From Oikopleura dioica (lineage: Eukaryota; Animalia; Chordata), in contig OU015568.1 of NCBI GenBank assembly GCA_907165135.1, positions 13,144,001 through 13,208,000 of the forward strand: DNA of 64,000 bases. Direction: 5' to 3'. Position 1 is the first letter of the stretch; each line of letters starts with the position of its first letter. The position numbers were made by a program, and so were the translations under genes. Below are positions 36,170 to 47,877 of this stretch, piece by piece. Below the pieces are notes generated by a model. It had not been told where the DNA came from. It was given only the letters and a program-made list of their open reading frames with translations, and did not search any database.

Positions 36170-38066
36170 ATGGGAGTAAACAACACTGAAGGTTCGTTTT
36201 TGGTGTTAACTACCAGACCAATCAAATTTGGGCCAGCTTCAACAGCTAATGCAGTTTTCTATGATGAAGGAAGGCGGGAAATTCTATCCGTTGATTCAAA
36301 TGGAACCATTACTGGTACAGCTAACTTTTTCTGTAACATCGAACGTTTCTTTTACAGTCACATCTCACAAGGCACACATTCCGAAGAAAACTATTCACCT
36401 ACAACCGACTGGTCAGATTTATGCGATTAAGCTGTCTGATTCTGGACTCGTTGCAACGCAACGCTCTCATGTCTCTCTTGAAATTTTCTTCAAGGACAAC
36501 TCGTCTGGAATTGCAGATATGTCTGTATCTCCTTCTGTCAAGCAACAAATAATTTCTTACTTTTGGCTGAAAAACGACCAGTTGGCACTTGTCACTACCA
36601 AATCATTGGAACTCATTCAAATTTCCGTGAACACAGCGAAATCCAAACTGCTTTCGAAGCAAGAAATTTCCGTAGCTTGGTGCAAGTATTCGAAGGAGTC
36701 GTCTGTCTTCGTCATTTCTACTGGCCAAGAGATCTCGGCATATTTGTATGGCAAAGATTGCATAACCAAAATCGCCAAGCTCGACATTCCTCGAGTCTCA
36801 AGCTTGAAAGAAAAGGCAGTTTGGCTTGTTCAGCTTTACAAAACGACCTACATCTGTCATTTGATCGTGCAAAATGACGAGACTCGGCTTATTCTGCACC
36901 AAGTGAAGAAAAATTCCGTCACAGAAGAGGCTTTCATGATTCTCGGGTCCGCCAAAGATTCTTACACGCTAAATGTCGTGGACAGTCTTGTTGTCGTTCA
37001 CAATTTGCAGGTGAAATCAACATCTGTTTTCGATGTCCGCGCGATCCCGTCTGAGCATGGCCCATCAATAACAGGCAGTATTGTGAGCATCAAAGGTTTG
37101 GCTCCTATGGTTCCTGGAAAACCAGTCAAATCATGGTGAGTTCTTCAGCATTTTTGTTATCTATAAATTATAATATTTTTAAAGCGTTGGTGAAACAACT
37201 AAAGACGGAATCTACATTCCTCAAATATCTTACTTCACTCCAAACATCATCGTAGACGTCCGCGACGGAAAACTCTGGGAACTCGAGCTACGTCTCGACA
37301 AAATCGGATTACTTTTCGAGAACGATGAACTATTCTTCCGGTTCTTGCTTCGCAGACGTTTTCACAAGGCCGTAGCATTCGATATTTTGCGCAGTCAAAT
37401 CAAGAAGTCGGAACCTGTAGAACGAATTTGTCGTATTTTTGATCAAATTGTGACGATGAAGCCCGAACCAAGTTTGTCTCAAACTGATATTCTTCTGCAT
37501 GTTTTCCAACCGTTGTTAACCGAGGGCGTATCGAGAGAAGAGTTGAGCAATTTGATGTTGCTCTTTCTTCGTTCACTGGACAAAATTGAAAAGGACGGAG
37601 AAGAACGCCTAATTTGCTTCCTTATCGATTGCTTGTTAAAAAGTGGTCAAGGTTAGAATATCTCTAGAAAGAATAGATCCTAAGTTTGTTTTAGCCATTG
37701 TGATCGAACAACTATTGCAGTGTGGCATTTTCCCGTCGACAAGTACAGTAGCATGCGCACTTTTGGCGCATCCTGAGACACAAGCAAGTGGTTTGGATAT
37801 TCTCAAGCAAGATAAAAATTATCTTCATGTTGCAGAGGTTCTTCTCAATAAGGGCGACATCCCACAAGGTAAAGCATGAAATGAAATGTAAAATGATTCC
37901 TTTAGCACTAAAATACCACTTGGCAGAGCGAAACTACGACAACTTCAAGAGTCAAAAGTACCTTGACGCGGCGCTCAGACAAGACGATCAGCTTTTTAGG
38001 GATATTTATAGACATCTTGAAGGTAAAAATCGTCATAACGACCAGAATAAAATCGACTTATTTTAG
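36170..38066 (+). CDS. RMC1: RMC1 (C18orf8/Mic1), regulator of MON1-CCZ1
   Basis: VFYDEGRREILSV, LNVVDSLVVVHN...SVFDV, FTPNIIVDVRDGKLWEL match the family pattern. Confidence 0.75.
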
Positions 38067-38343
38067 TTGAAAATGCCCGAATTCTAACATCAACCTCGCC
38101 AAAAGGGCCATTCTTGCACATCCCTGATGAATACAAGCAGCTTTATGTGTCAAAATTTGGCGATGATGATCTTTCACAGTTTCTTTCTTCCATTCAGATA
38201 AAGTAAAATTTATCAAGTGTATTTTCTGTACCAACTGCCGATTCTTCATTCAAAAATCTATTCGACTTTCTATTGATTTTATCTACTTTTAGAAATGGTG
38301 CTTTTACGAAGGCCGAGACCAGCACCTCCATCGCCCGTGCCTT

Positions 38344-40014
38344 ATGATCCCCCAGCGGAAGAAATCAGGCATGAGCGACAAAGATCGCCAACAAGGTAGC
38401 AATTCATTTTTTCCTTGCAACAAACCCATTTTTAGCGAAATGACAGCGGATGCTAGTTTTAAATCAAAAATTCTGCATCATCGAGTCACAACAACTCCTG
38501 CAACAGAGAAACGGGATGATCAGTCTTCATCGCGGCATACAGTTCAAGTAAAACTTGTCTATTCATTCTTTTACTCTATGAAAACATTTCAGAAACCGAT
38601 GGAGCCCGCATATAAGCAACAAAAAGAAGAAAAGCTGCAGCAGCGATCATACGTCCTTGATACTGGTCCCGACCCATTCCCATATCGAAGGAACAAACCA
38701 AATATGCAAGAAAACTCCCTGCTCCATTATTACAAACAGATTGATGATAGAGAAGACTTTGATGAAATTGAAGAACCAGGATTTGAACTAGCAGACTTTT
38801 CTTATGCTGGAAAGATTGAACCTGTACGGACATTCGGAGGAACAAAGCAGCTTGGTGCTATAAGAGCATTCACGAGAACTCTCTGCAAAGACGACCTAAC
38901 CTTCGTGGACATCAATGAACTAGTTACCTTGGATCCCGTTCCTACTCGCATTCCTCTGCATCAGTTCAAACTCCAGCAACAAGCACTAGAAAAACAAGCA
39001 AACAAGAACGAAGCTCTCCAAGAAAAAATCCTAAAATCATATGAACAACAGATTCCACCCTGCATTAAACGTCCAGTCAGTGAACTAGAAGATTACATAA
39101 CACTTGAGCCGAGAGAAGAGACACGTGACTATTTGAACAGTAGAAATATTTCAAGAGAGATGCTTCACGGAACACCAATCGATGCAATGATTAAATGTAC
39201 TCCACCAAGTCAGGTTACACAGTTCCAAGCAATGTCACGGGAGAATACGCCAGTAACAGTTGTTCATCATCAGTCAGCGCTAAAACATGTTGTGGAAGAA
39301 TCCTTCCAAGACAATGGTGGTTACACACTTTCTCTCCGTGGCTGGTTTTTGAACCATCTCATACGACTCAATCCGCTTGAGAGGAGCCTCGTCTACCTGA
39401 ATCTCTCTTTCAACTCATTTGAGGAATTTCCGCCTGCACTCTGGCACTGTAAAATGCTCAAAGTCCTCAAATTACGCGACAATCCAATAACTGAAATTCC
39501 TCCGGAAATCAGGGAATTGAGCAGGCTCAAAATCGTGATGTTGTCATTTTGTAAGATCGAGAAGATTTCAAAAGAGTTTTGCGAGCTCCCGGCGCTTGTT
39601 TATTGTGATTTATCGTACAACTATCTGTCTGAGGTGAGACCGGAATTCGGCCAGCTCAAAACGCTCAAGTATCTGAATTTGTCTGGCAATCAACTTCGTG
39701 GCTTCCCGAAACAAATGATGAAGCTTAATCTTGAACGAGTCAAATTCAAGAACAACTTCATGCGTGTCGCTTTTTGGAAAGACTTCAAGCTGGTAAAAAG
39801 AGATGATGAAATCAAGGAAGAAAATCAAAATTCCGAAGATGAAGAATTCTCGTGTGATATTTGCGGGGCTTCTGCTGGAGCTAACTCGTATACTGTTCTG
39901 CGACCGTGCTCAGAAATCTGGGGAAAGACAAAAGTTCCGTTCCTGATGAAATGCTGCGGCTGGGATTGTGCTCAGACGGCGAATGCTGTCCAGTCTGCAA
40001 CCGAACTTTCTTGA
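38344..40014 (+). CDS. Leucine-rich-repeat protein with a C-terminal Cys cluster
   Basis: LRRs LVYLNLSFNSFEEFP, LKVLKLRDNPITEIP, LKYLNLSGNQLRGFP; terminal CDIC...CCGWDC. Confidence 0.8.
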   Translation: MIPQRKKSGMSDKDRQQGSNSFFPCNKPIFSEMTADASFKSKILHHRVTTTPATEKRDDQSSSRHTVQVKLVYSFFYSMKTFQKPMEPAYKQQKEEKLQQRSYVLDTGPDPFPYRRNKPNMQENSLLHYYKQIDDREDFDEIEEPGFELADFSYAGKIEPVRTFGGTKQLGAIRAFTRTLCKDDLTFVDINELVTLDPVPTRIPLHQFKLQQQALEKQANKNEALQEKILKSYEQQIPPCIKRPVSELEDYITLEPREETRDYLNSRNISREMLHGTPIDAMIKCTPPSQVTQFQAMSRENTPVTVVHHQSALKHVVEESFQDNGGYTLSLRGWFLNHLIRLNPLERSLVYLNLSFNSFEEFPPALWHCKMLKVLKLRDNPITEIPPEIRELSRLKIVMLSFCKIEKISKEFCELPALVYCDLSYNYLSEVRPEFGQLKTLKYLNLSGNQLRGFPKQMMKLNLERVKFKNNFMRVAFWKDFKLVKRDDEIKEENQNSEDEEFSCDICGASAGANSYTVLRPCSEIWGKTKVPFLMKCCGWDCAQTANAVQSATELS

Positions 40015-40164
40015 AAATTTGTCTTTTTTGAATCATTCAACTTGAAATATTTATTTTTGTACCCCAATAAACTTATATTTTTGATAAATTCACAGTCTGT
40101 GTACCACTAAATTAGTTTTCTTGAAATCTATCGGCTCAAGCATCTGAGGTAATTTCTTTCAGAA

Positions 40165-41731
40165 ATGGATACCCTTTTATCCCATTTCGACGAGACAACC
40201 GTGACAATTCTTACCGGTGATGAGGAGGTGCAATCATGCCTAACTGGGCTCGGCAAACTGAGCTGTGTAAAAACCTGTCACAGGTCCTGTTTCCTGTTTT
40301 TGGGGAACCTGTCTGAGTACCTGTGTAAAATCGGGTAATAATTTGGGCCTGTCCTGTGTACCTGTGTAAAATTGGGGAAAAAATTCTCTTTAGCTGTCCC
40401 TGTTCCTGTTTCTGTCTTAAACAGGCCTGTGTTTCCCGCTCAGGTCCTGACCGTAGACAGGTTCCTGTGTAACCAGGTCAGGAACTGCATAAGTCAGGGA
40501 AAATGTTTAAAGAAATCAATAGCGAAAGACGTAAAAGGAGTTCAACAATCAAAATAACCGATAAATTCGCGTCTTTTTGTTTCTTTGTAATATTTTTTCT
40601 CAGAAATATCCTGTTTTTTGTCCTGTCACAGGGCCTGTTTCCTGTTTTCTGACCTGCTCAGACCTGTTCATGCAGGCCCTGACCTGTGTAACCTGTTTGA
40701 TAAGCTGTGTAAAAAAACCTGTCTGAGTACCTGTCTAAAATCAGGATATTTTTGCTTCCTGACCTGTGTACCTGTGTAAAATATGGGACAGAATTTTTTT
40801 TTCCTGTTCCTCTGTCTGTTCCTGACACAGTTTGCCGAGCCCAGATGCCTAATCCATTATCGAGAGATATTGGAGGAGATGGAGGAGGCTAATGATAAGA
40901 TACGAAGACAAATTGATGATTTTCAAATAAAAACCGATGCTTTGAGAAAAGAGAAATTGTAAAATCATTCTACCACTATCTCTGAGTAGCGTTTATTTAG
41001 TCGGATGGAATTTATACGCGATCAAATGAATGATCATCCGGAATACGATCTGAAAGATGCTGATCCAGAACCGAGCGAGATTTTATCCACAAAAAAAGCT
41101 TCAGAAGACAAAGAAAACATTCAACCCTTGAAGGACTCAAATGTTACAGGCAAAAAGAAAACAGTCAGTTCAAAGACCGGAAAGCCAAAGAAAACCGCTA
41201 AACGCTGGCTGATTCCTCAGATGAATCTGATGACTGAAGGTTTTTTGGTTCGATATATTTGAAATTATAAAAATTTTAGAGGAGTTCAACAAATTGACAA
41301 GGCATGATAGAGGGCGACTCAAATACTTGCAGCTGAAAATTTATATGGATGAGGTTAGAAACAAAACGATTTCTTGAGGCTTGAAACCTGTGTTAGATAA
41401 ATGAGGAGTTCCGCAAAAAGTACGACATTTTGGGTCGCTTCATGAACAAGGTCAAAATCACAGCAGATGAGAAATTCGCCGCGCAAACCTTCTTCAACGA
41501 CGATGATGACGGAGGAAAGTACAACTTGAGCGAAAAAGAACTTTCTCAATGCTCTTTCTTCAAGAAAGGCCATACAAAGGTATTTTTATAAAAAAAATGC
41601 CCAAAATTAGTTTTCAGGGGCAAATATTGAATATTCTGAAGAACACAAGTCGCATATCAGAAAAACGAAGAGCCAAAAAGACCACTCTCTTCCATCTCAC
41701 CGATCCAATTATCGAAGAAATCACCAAATAA
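40165..41731 (+). CDS. SKA1-like kinetochore protein
   Basis: N-terminal coiled coil; C-terminal TEEEFNKLTRHDRGRLKYLQL and ILNILKNTSRISEKR resemble the SKA1 microtubule-binding domain; exon 1 interrupted by a MITE. Confidence 0.55.
40244..40844. mobile_element. hAT-like MITE, 601 bp, in the SKA1-like coding exon
   Basis: Perfect 17-bp TIR CTGGGCTCGGCAAACTG / CAGTTTGCCGAGCCCAG; 8-bp TSD ATGCCTAA; many internal CCTGT/ACAGG motifs. Confidence 0.93.
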
Positions 41732-41830
41732 TGACAAACACTCACGTATTCTGCCACACTTTTTCCATTCCTAAAATACACTTAAACTCACATTATCACG
41801 TAACTTATGTAAAACTATTTCTCCAACAGA

Positions 41831-42097
41831 ATGGAATCAGCGATCCGCAATAGCTTGCTTCAGTCCCTTGATGAAGTAGAGCTGGCCGTTGAGCGGACGA
41901 AGAAGGGACAAGGAGATTTGAGTTCGAGGTTGGCTGATATTCAGACCACAATTGCTACCTTGCCGAGCCGGGATACATCAAAGTTTGATCCCAAGCGTAT
42001 TCAGGAAGCACAAAGAAAGCTCAAGGCAATTGAAGATACATTAGCTGCTGTGCAAAAAAGAGTCGATAGACTACACGAAATCTCAAGACCAATGTGA
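41831..42097 (+). CDS. Small coiled-coil protein, Snapin/BLOC-1-like
   Basis: 88-aa two-helix coiled coil ending AAVQKRVDRLH. Confidence 0.45.
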   Translation: MESAIRNSLLQSLDEVELAVERTKKGQGDLSSRLADIQTTIATLPSRDTSKFDPKRIQEAQRKLKAIEDTLAAVQKRVDRLHEISRPM

Positions 42098-42274
42098 TTT
42101 CTTCTACTCTTAGCAATCCTTCTGTTCTGTTTTTATGATAAGTAATTATTCATCTTTAACATAACGTTACGCACAAGTTTTATATGTTCTGTCAAAATAA
42201 TCTGTTTACTATAATCTTTAATTATTCAAATGCCATTATTAATATTGTTACCAAAAGAATGATAAAGAACTAAT

Positions 42275-43722
42275 ATGAGAACGATAAGCATTTTGAATCC
42301 GATTGAAATTTCCATTGAATCGTTCGAAATCGACAGCAAGGATGTCGCTTGGTACAAAATCATTATTAAAACTTCCGACAGGACCTGGTCCGTTCTGAAA
42401 CGCTATTCTGAATTCGATTCTCTGCACTCCAATATCAAATCGAAAATCAAAGGCGTTAAAATTCCACCAAAGAAAATACGCAAATCGGAGGACTTCCTTC
42501 AGTCTAGGAAAAATGAGCTGGAAAAATATTTGAATGAGGTCATAGAGGAAGTTAGCGAAACTGTTCCTATGGACTTGGTTACTTTTCTCAAGCTTGATTC
42601 CTTTGAGCCATATTCTATTGTCTCCGAGTTAGCGCTTACTTTGCAAAAGGTATTGTTTTCATATGTCTTAATGTTATTGAACAAAATAGAAAAAATCGAC
42701 GCTCTTATCTTCCCTTCAACTGAACGCGCTCTCTTTCTTGTCCGCAGATTCGCCTCTCTATCAAGAAGTTGTCCAGCAGTTTTCCCAACTCAAGTCCGTC
42801 AAAATAAAGGGCTCTTCGAAAAACGACCTTCACCACAGCAGCCTATCGCGGGAGAAACTCGCGTTCAGCGTAGCGTATTTTACGGCAGCGCACGAACTCT
42901 CATTACATCATTGTTACGCGGAGAATATTTCTGGATTCGATCGCTTGAAAAGCTCACTGAGAGTGTTGTCTTTTGAAGGACAATCAAAGTCGATAAGCAC
43001 CGTCCTCGCGAATGGAGGTAGAGCAGAAAAGAGAATTTCAATATTATATAATTTCCGTTTCGTAGATTCGGGTCCGTGGCAAATGCTCTCTCGAGTTAAC
43101 TTCACCAAATCGAAGCTGCAGAAAGTCGATCTTAACATGGGTGAGTCATTCAAACCATTTCTCTTTTGATTTATTGTCAGATCTCTGCCCAAACCTGGAG
43201 AACTTGAATCTGAACGGAAACCGCTTGACTGACATTGAAAATCTCGAAACCCTGATGAAGCTAACGATCCTAGACTTGTCAAACAACGGTCTTACCGCGC
43301 CCACATTTCTCTCACTTGGGAATATTTCGATTTTGAACATTTCCGGCAATCAAATTTCATCCCTCAAGCCTATCGGTCGTTTACTCGGTTTGATGACCCT
43401 CAACGCTTCCAAAAACCAAGTCGAGGATATTGACGAAGCAACTCATTTGAACAGGCTGCCAATGCTGACTGAAGTTGATTTATCGGACAACCCGATCGCG
43501 CAAAAGCTTGACTATCGTACTCAAATACTAGCTAGAGTTCCTAGGAGAGCTTCAGAGCTTATTGTAAGTTCAGCATTTTTGCCAGCAAGAGAAAAACGCA
43601 CGTATTCAGATCGATGGTATCATTCCGTCGAAAGAAGAACTATCAATGGCTGACATTTTCTGTGCCTTACGCGACGCCGAAAGCAAAGAGACCACAGCAA
43701 CGCTAAATCGGCGCAATTTCGC
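42275..43722 (+). CDS. PX-domain + LRR protein (nischarin-like)
   Basis: PX: WSVLKRYSEFDSLH...IPPKK...RKNELEKYL; LRRs LENLNLNGNRL, LTILDLSNNGL, LTEVDLSDNPI. Confidence 0.7.
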
Positions 43723-43919
43723 ACTAGAAACGAAAACGATACTCTAAGTTGCTTTGTTCATTGGTCGCGCCCAGATTGCTTTCAACCAACTTATTCCTCA
43801 TTCAATTTCTGCTCCATGTTCCAGACCTACTTTAATCTTCGTACGATTTATCACTCATTCAACTCAAGTCTTTATGTCCCAAAATTAAGAATGTGCTCGT
43901 GAGATTATTTTCAACAAAA

Positions 43920-46029
43920 ATGGAGCGTTTTTTCACGTTGGAAGCGCTGAAAACAGTGCCATACTACCACCTATGCATTGAATTGATTTTGATCTATTGT
44001 ATCTATTGGCTCTACTTTTCTGGACCCCAAAGAGATCGAAGGAGAAGACCCGAACTGACAGAAGCGGAGAAACAGAAACTTATAGGTATTTTCTGTTAGA
44101 CAAATAAGCATCGACATTTTTTCTGCAGATGAGTGGGAACCTGAGCCTCTCGTTCCGATCGTCGAAGAACCGCAAGATCGAATCGTCAAACAGCTCCCGG
44201 GGTCAAAAATTATCGTCGACGGTGATGAGTGTCTTGACTTTGGATCATTCGATTTCCTCGGCTTGAACAAAGATGAGGCTGTTGTGCAATCTGGGATGGA
44301 GGGAATAAAAGACTATGGCGTCGGAAGCTGCGGGCCAAGAGGCTTCTTTGGCACCTTTGATGCGCATATTAACCTTGAAGTCGAGCTGGCGAACTTCCTA
44401 GGGGTTGATGAAGCGATTCTATACAGGTGGAGCTAGATTGCTTGTATCAAATATATTTAATCAATAATAGTTACGGTTTTTCTACAATCGCCTCCGCTAT
44501 TCCTGCGTACGCAAAAAAGGGCGATATTCTTTTTATCGATGAGCAATCAAACTTTGCGATTCAACAAGGTGCTAAAGCTTCGCGCTCAACCATCCGTTGG
44601 TACCGCCATAATGACATGGATCACTTGAAAGAACTGCTTGATTCTCAAGCTGCCATTGAAGCCAAGAACCCCAAAAAGAAAGCAAAAGTCACCCGAAAAA
44701 TACTCATCGCAGAAGGCATCTACCAAAATACAGGCTCAATCGCTCAACTAAAAACGATGGTAGAATTCAAATACAAATACCAAGTCAGAATCTTTCTTGA
44801 CGAGTCTAACTCGTTTGGCGTTCTCGGTGAAAGCGGAAAAGGATTGACCGAACATCTGAATGTAAGTTGTTTATTTTTTTCATTTTCTTTTTATATTTAG
44901 GTTGATGTGCTGGATATTGATCTGATCAGCGCAGAAACTGAGCGTGCCATCCCTTCAATCGGAGGTTTTTGCGCTGGCTCGGCATATGTTGTCGACCATC
45001 AACGGCTAGCCGGGCTTGGCTATTGCTTCTCAGCCTCACTACCTCCTTACCTAGCTCGTGCGGCGCTGACCGCTCTTAAAATCTTCCAGAATGAGCCGAC
45101 GCGGCTGTGCCGCCTCCGTGCAAATGCCAAATTCTTTCACAAACTGCTCAAAAGCTGTAGAACACTCCAACGCCTTCGATCTAACCGGAGACGAAATAAG
45201 TCCTATCAAACACTTACTTCTAACACATCCAAATAATAATGAAAACCTCAATGCGATTAGATCGCTTGTTCAGTCAGGTGGGTTTTGAATTTAATCGGGC
45301 AATCTTGGTCCTGCTCTCTCCCAGATCTTGAAAACATAAACCAAACATATCATACATGTATGGATAGAGCTTTTAAAGATCTAGCAACTCTGCATTGGAA
45401 TTCCAAAAATATCAAATATAATCAGTTTTATCGGAGTTTTTCCTTCATTACTGGGTTGCATTTTTTGAAAATTGAACAGTGCGAGACATGAATTCAGATT
45501 AGATTTCAACATTTTAAACGCCTGAAAACAGGTAATTTTTGGCTGATTTGTCATTCAAATGCAGAGTTTATCAACCTGTGGGAGATCGAAAAGGATCTGA
45601 TTGTTAATTTTGGTGAAAACCGGCAATTCAGATAAAAATCGGTAAGTAAAAACCGGGAATTTCTATAGATTTCGGAAATTCCAATGCAGAGTTTGTAGAG
45701 CTCAAAAGCTCTTTCCAACCATGTGTCATATGTTGGGGGTTTATTAGAAAAGTTCGGAGCTACAGCCAAAGAAAGATTGCCCGATTAAATTCAAAACCCA
45801 CCTCAGCTCAAGCGCAAGGGATCGCGCTCGTCAGTGGCGAAAAACTAGACCAAGATAGAACATGCAATAATATTTCAATTAGGTGAGTCCCCCACCTATC
45901 AAAGCACGTATTAACAGTGTTTTAAGACTAACAGTTTCTGCTGCATTTTCCGAGGAAGAACTGTCTTCATGCGTCGATGTTTTATCAAGCCTTATCAAGC
46001 AGCTTACAGTTTCCAAGTCCAGTATTTAA
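43920..46029 (+). CDS. SPTLC1: Serine palmitoyltransferase subunit 1
   Basis: DEWEPEPLVP, YGVGSCGPRGFFGTFDAH, YSYGFSTIASAIPAYAKKGD, RIFLDES, GYCFSASLPP; apparent 1-nt frameshift at 45150-45153. Confidence 0.92.
45277..45802. mobile_element. PIF/Harbinger-like MITE, 526 bp, forming an intron of SPTLC1
   Basis: Perfect 30-bp TIR GGTGGGTTTTGAATTTAATCGGGCAATCTT; 3-bp TSD TCA. Confidence 0.92.
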
Positions 46030-46247
46030 GCCTATCCACCTTTATTTTTCAGTCGCTCTCAGATTCGTTGAAATGGGACCTTCAAGTGCGTGCTAACTAA
46101 CTTTGTAAAAATCCAAAAGCTTCGAGATTCCATTCAACAATTAAAACTTTGCACTTATGTATAAATCACTTATGTTACTTCAACTTTTATTTCTAAATAT
46201 AATTTCAGTTAGAATTTTTTTAAGAATCTTTGTTTAGAAATGATCGA

Positions 46248-47668
46248 ATGGGTGAAGTGAGGGAGTCAATATTCTTCGTCATTCTAATAGCAGTCGCGAT
46301 TTACACCTTCTCTGTCTTTCAGTCCGATTTTCAAGATGATTTCAAGATCTCTATCTCCGGCTTGTTAGAAAGTTACGAAGAAATTGAAGGTCACACTGTT
46401 GAGGAAACAAAGGCTGAAGTGGATTCATACGATTTTGATGCTGAAAGAAGCTGCAATCAAACATTTTATGAACAGTCTCACGGAGACGGTAAGAAATTAA
46501 GGAATGCATCACATAAAAGATTTTTCAGAAGGAAGATTTGATCCAGAGAAGCTAACTGGCATTCATGTTTTCATTCGGCATGGCCATCGTACTGCTATGG
46601 ATTCGAATCGAGCCAAGAAGACTACTCAAAGTCTCTGCGACATTCGTACGCCAGTTATGGAATTGATGAGAGATCTCAAAGGATGCTTCACGTAATTTTA
46701 AGCCCTAACATTTGATCTGACTAAAGCTTCATTTTAGTTTGTATTTGTCTTCAAAGATACAAGTCTATACTTCTTCCGAAAAATGTGTATCTGCTCAATT
46801 GACTTCCCTAGGGATCGAGCAGCACAAGCTTCTTGGTAGATATCTTCGTAGCCGCTATTTAAAATTTACCTCCGGCTTTACCGTCACTTCGACAACTTAT
46901 ACAAGGACTTTTCTTTCTGCTTTGGCCTTGCTTTCAACCTTCGATCCTTCTATCTGTTCCAACAGTGTAATTTCACCTACGAGAGATACTTATTTTCGGG
47001 CTGATCCCCAACCTTGCCAAAGCACGAACCTGTTGAAAAACTCTTATTACGAAAAGACATGGACGAATGTTTCGATTGACTTTCGACAAAAAATAACGAA
47101 GTTATTCAAAGAAACATGGATAGATGTCATTGCGGATCAGCTGTTTGTAGAGAGCTGTTCATCTTCTATTGTTTCTTATCAGTGCAAAAACTCTTCGTCT
47201 GCTAAACAGAATAAATGTTTATCAGCCGAAGAAATCGCTAATTTTACGAGTATGGTTTCTTCTATCAATCACGAGTACGTCAAAAATATAAATTATCAAC
47301 GAAACTCTTTTCTTTCTGTAAAACCTCTTATCGAGCAAGTCTTTGCTGAGAGCGAAAGCTTTCGACTTTACTCGGGGCACGATCTTACTCTTGGTGCAAT
47401 TCTTTCTTTCTTTGATTTCTTCCCCGATTTTCGAGTTCCCTTTGCTTCCCGGATTGTTTTCGAATTCTTCCAAGGTGATAAATTTCGCGTTCTTTTCAAT
47501 GGTGTTCAAATTTTTCCAAAACTTCCGGAGAAAGTTTTTCCTGTATCAGAATTTTCTTTTGAAAAGAAATTCCATTCACTTTTTTCAAAGTCTACTTCAA
47601 TTCAAGACGCATGTTCAAAACAGTCGATAGACAATTTTAGACGAAGAAAACGTCATGTAAGAGTTTAG
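46248..47668 (+). CDS. Histidine acid phosphatase, type II membrane (PXYLP1/ACP-like)
   Basis: N-terminal TM; FIRHGHRTAM; YSGHDLTL; PFASRIVFE. Confidence 0.8.
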
Positions 47669-47877
47669 ATTACGTTTTTAGTTACAAATATTCAATCTAA
47701 TCGTTATCTCAAAAGATGTTCCTCATTCACGCAAAATAGTTATTTGTTCTTCCCGAACCATTTATACTTCTATATTCTGGCTCTTATGGTTCCTTATTAA
47801 ATAATATTAATATCAAAGAATAAATGTTTATCACTTCCTTCTTCAGAAATGGAAACTATTTGATTTCGTCAAATAAT

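Noticed and set aside
45150-45153. Frameshift in SPTLC1 (programmed shift or pseudogene)
   Set aside because: Deleting one A from a 4-A run restores HKLLKAVEHSNAF in an otherwise intact conserved gene; most likely a homopolymer assembly error. Check raw reads.
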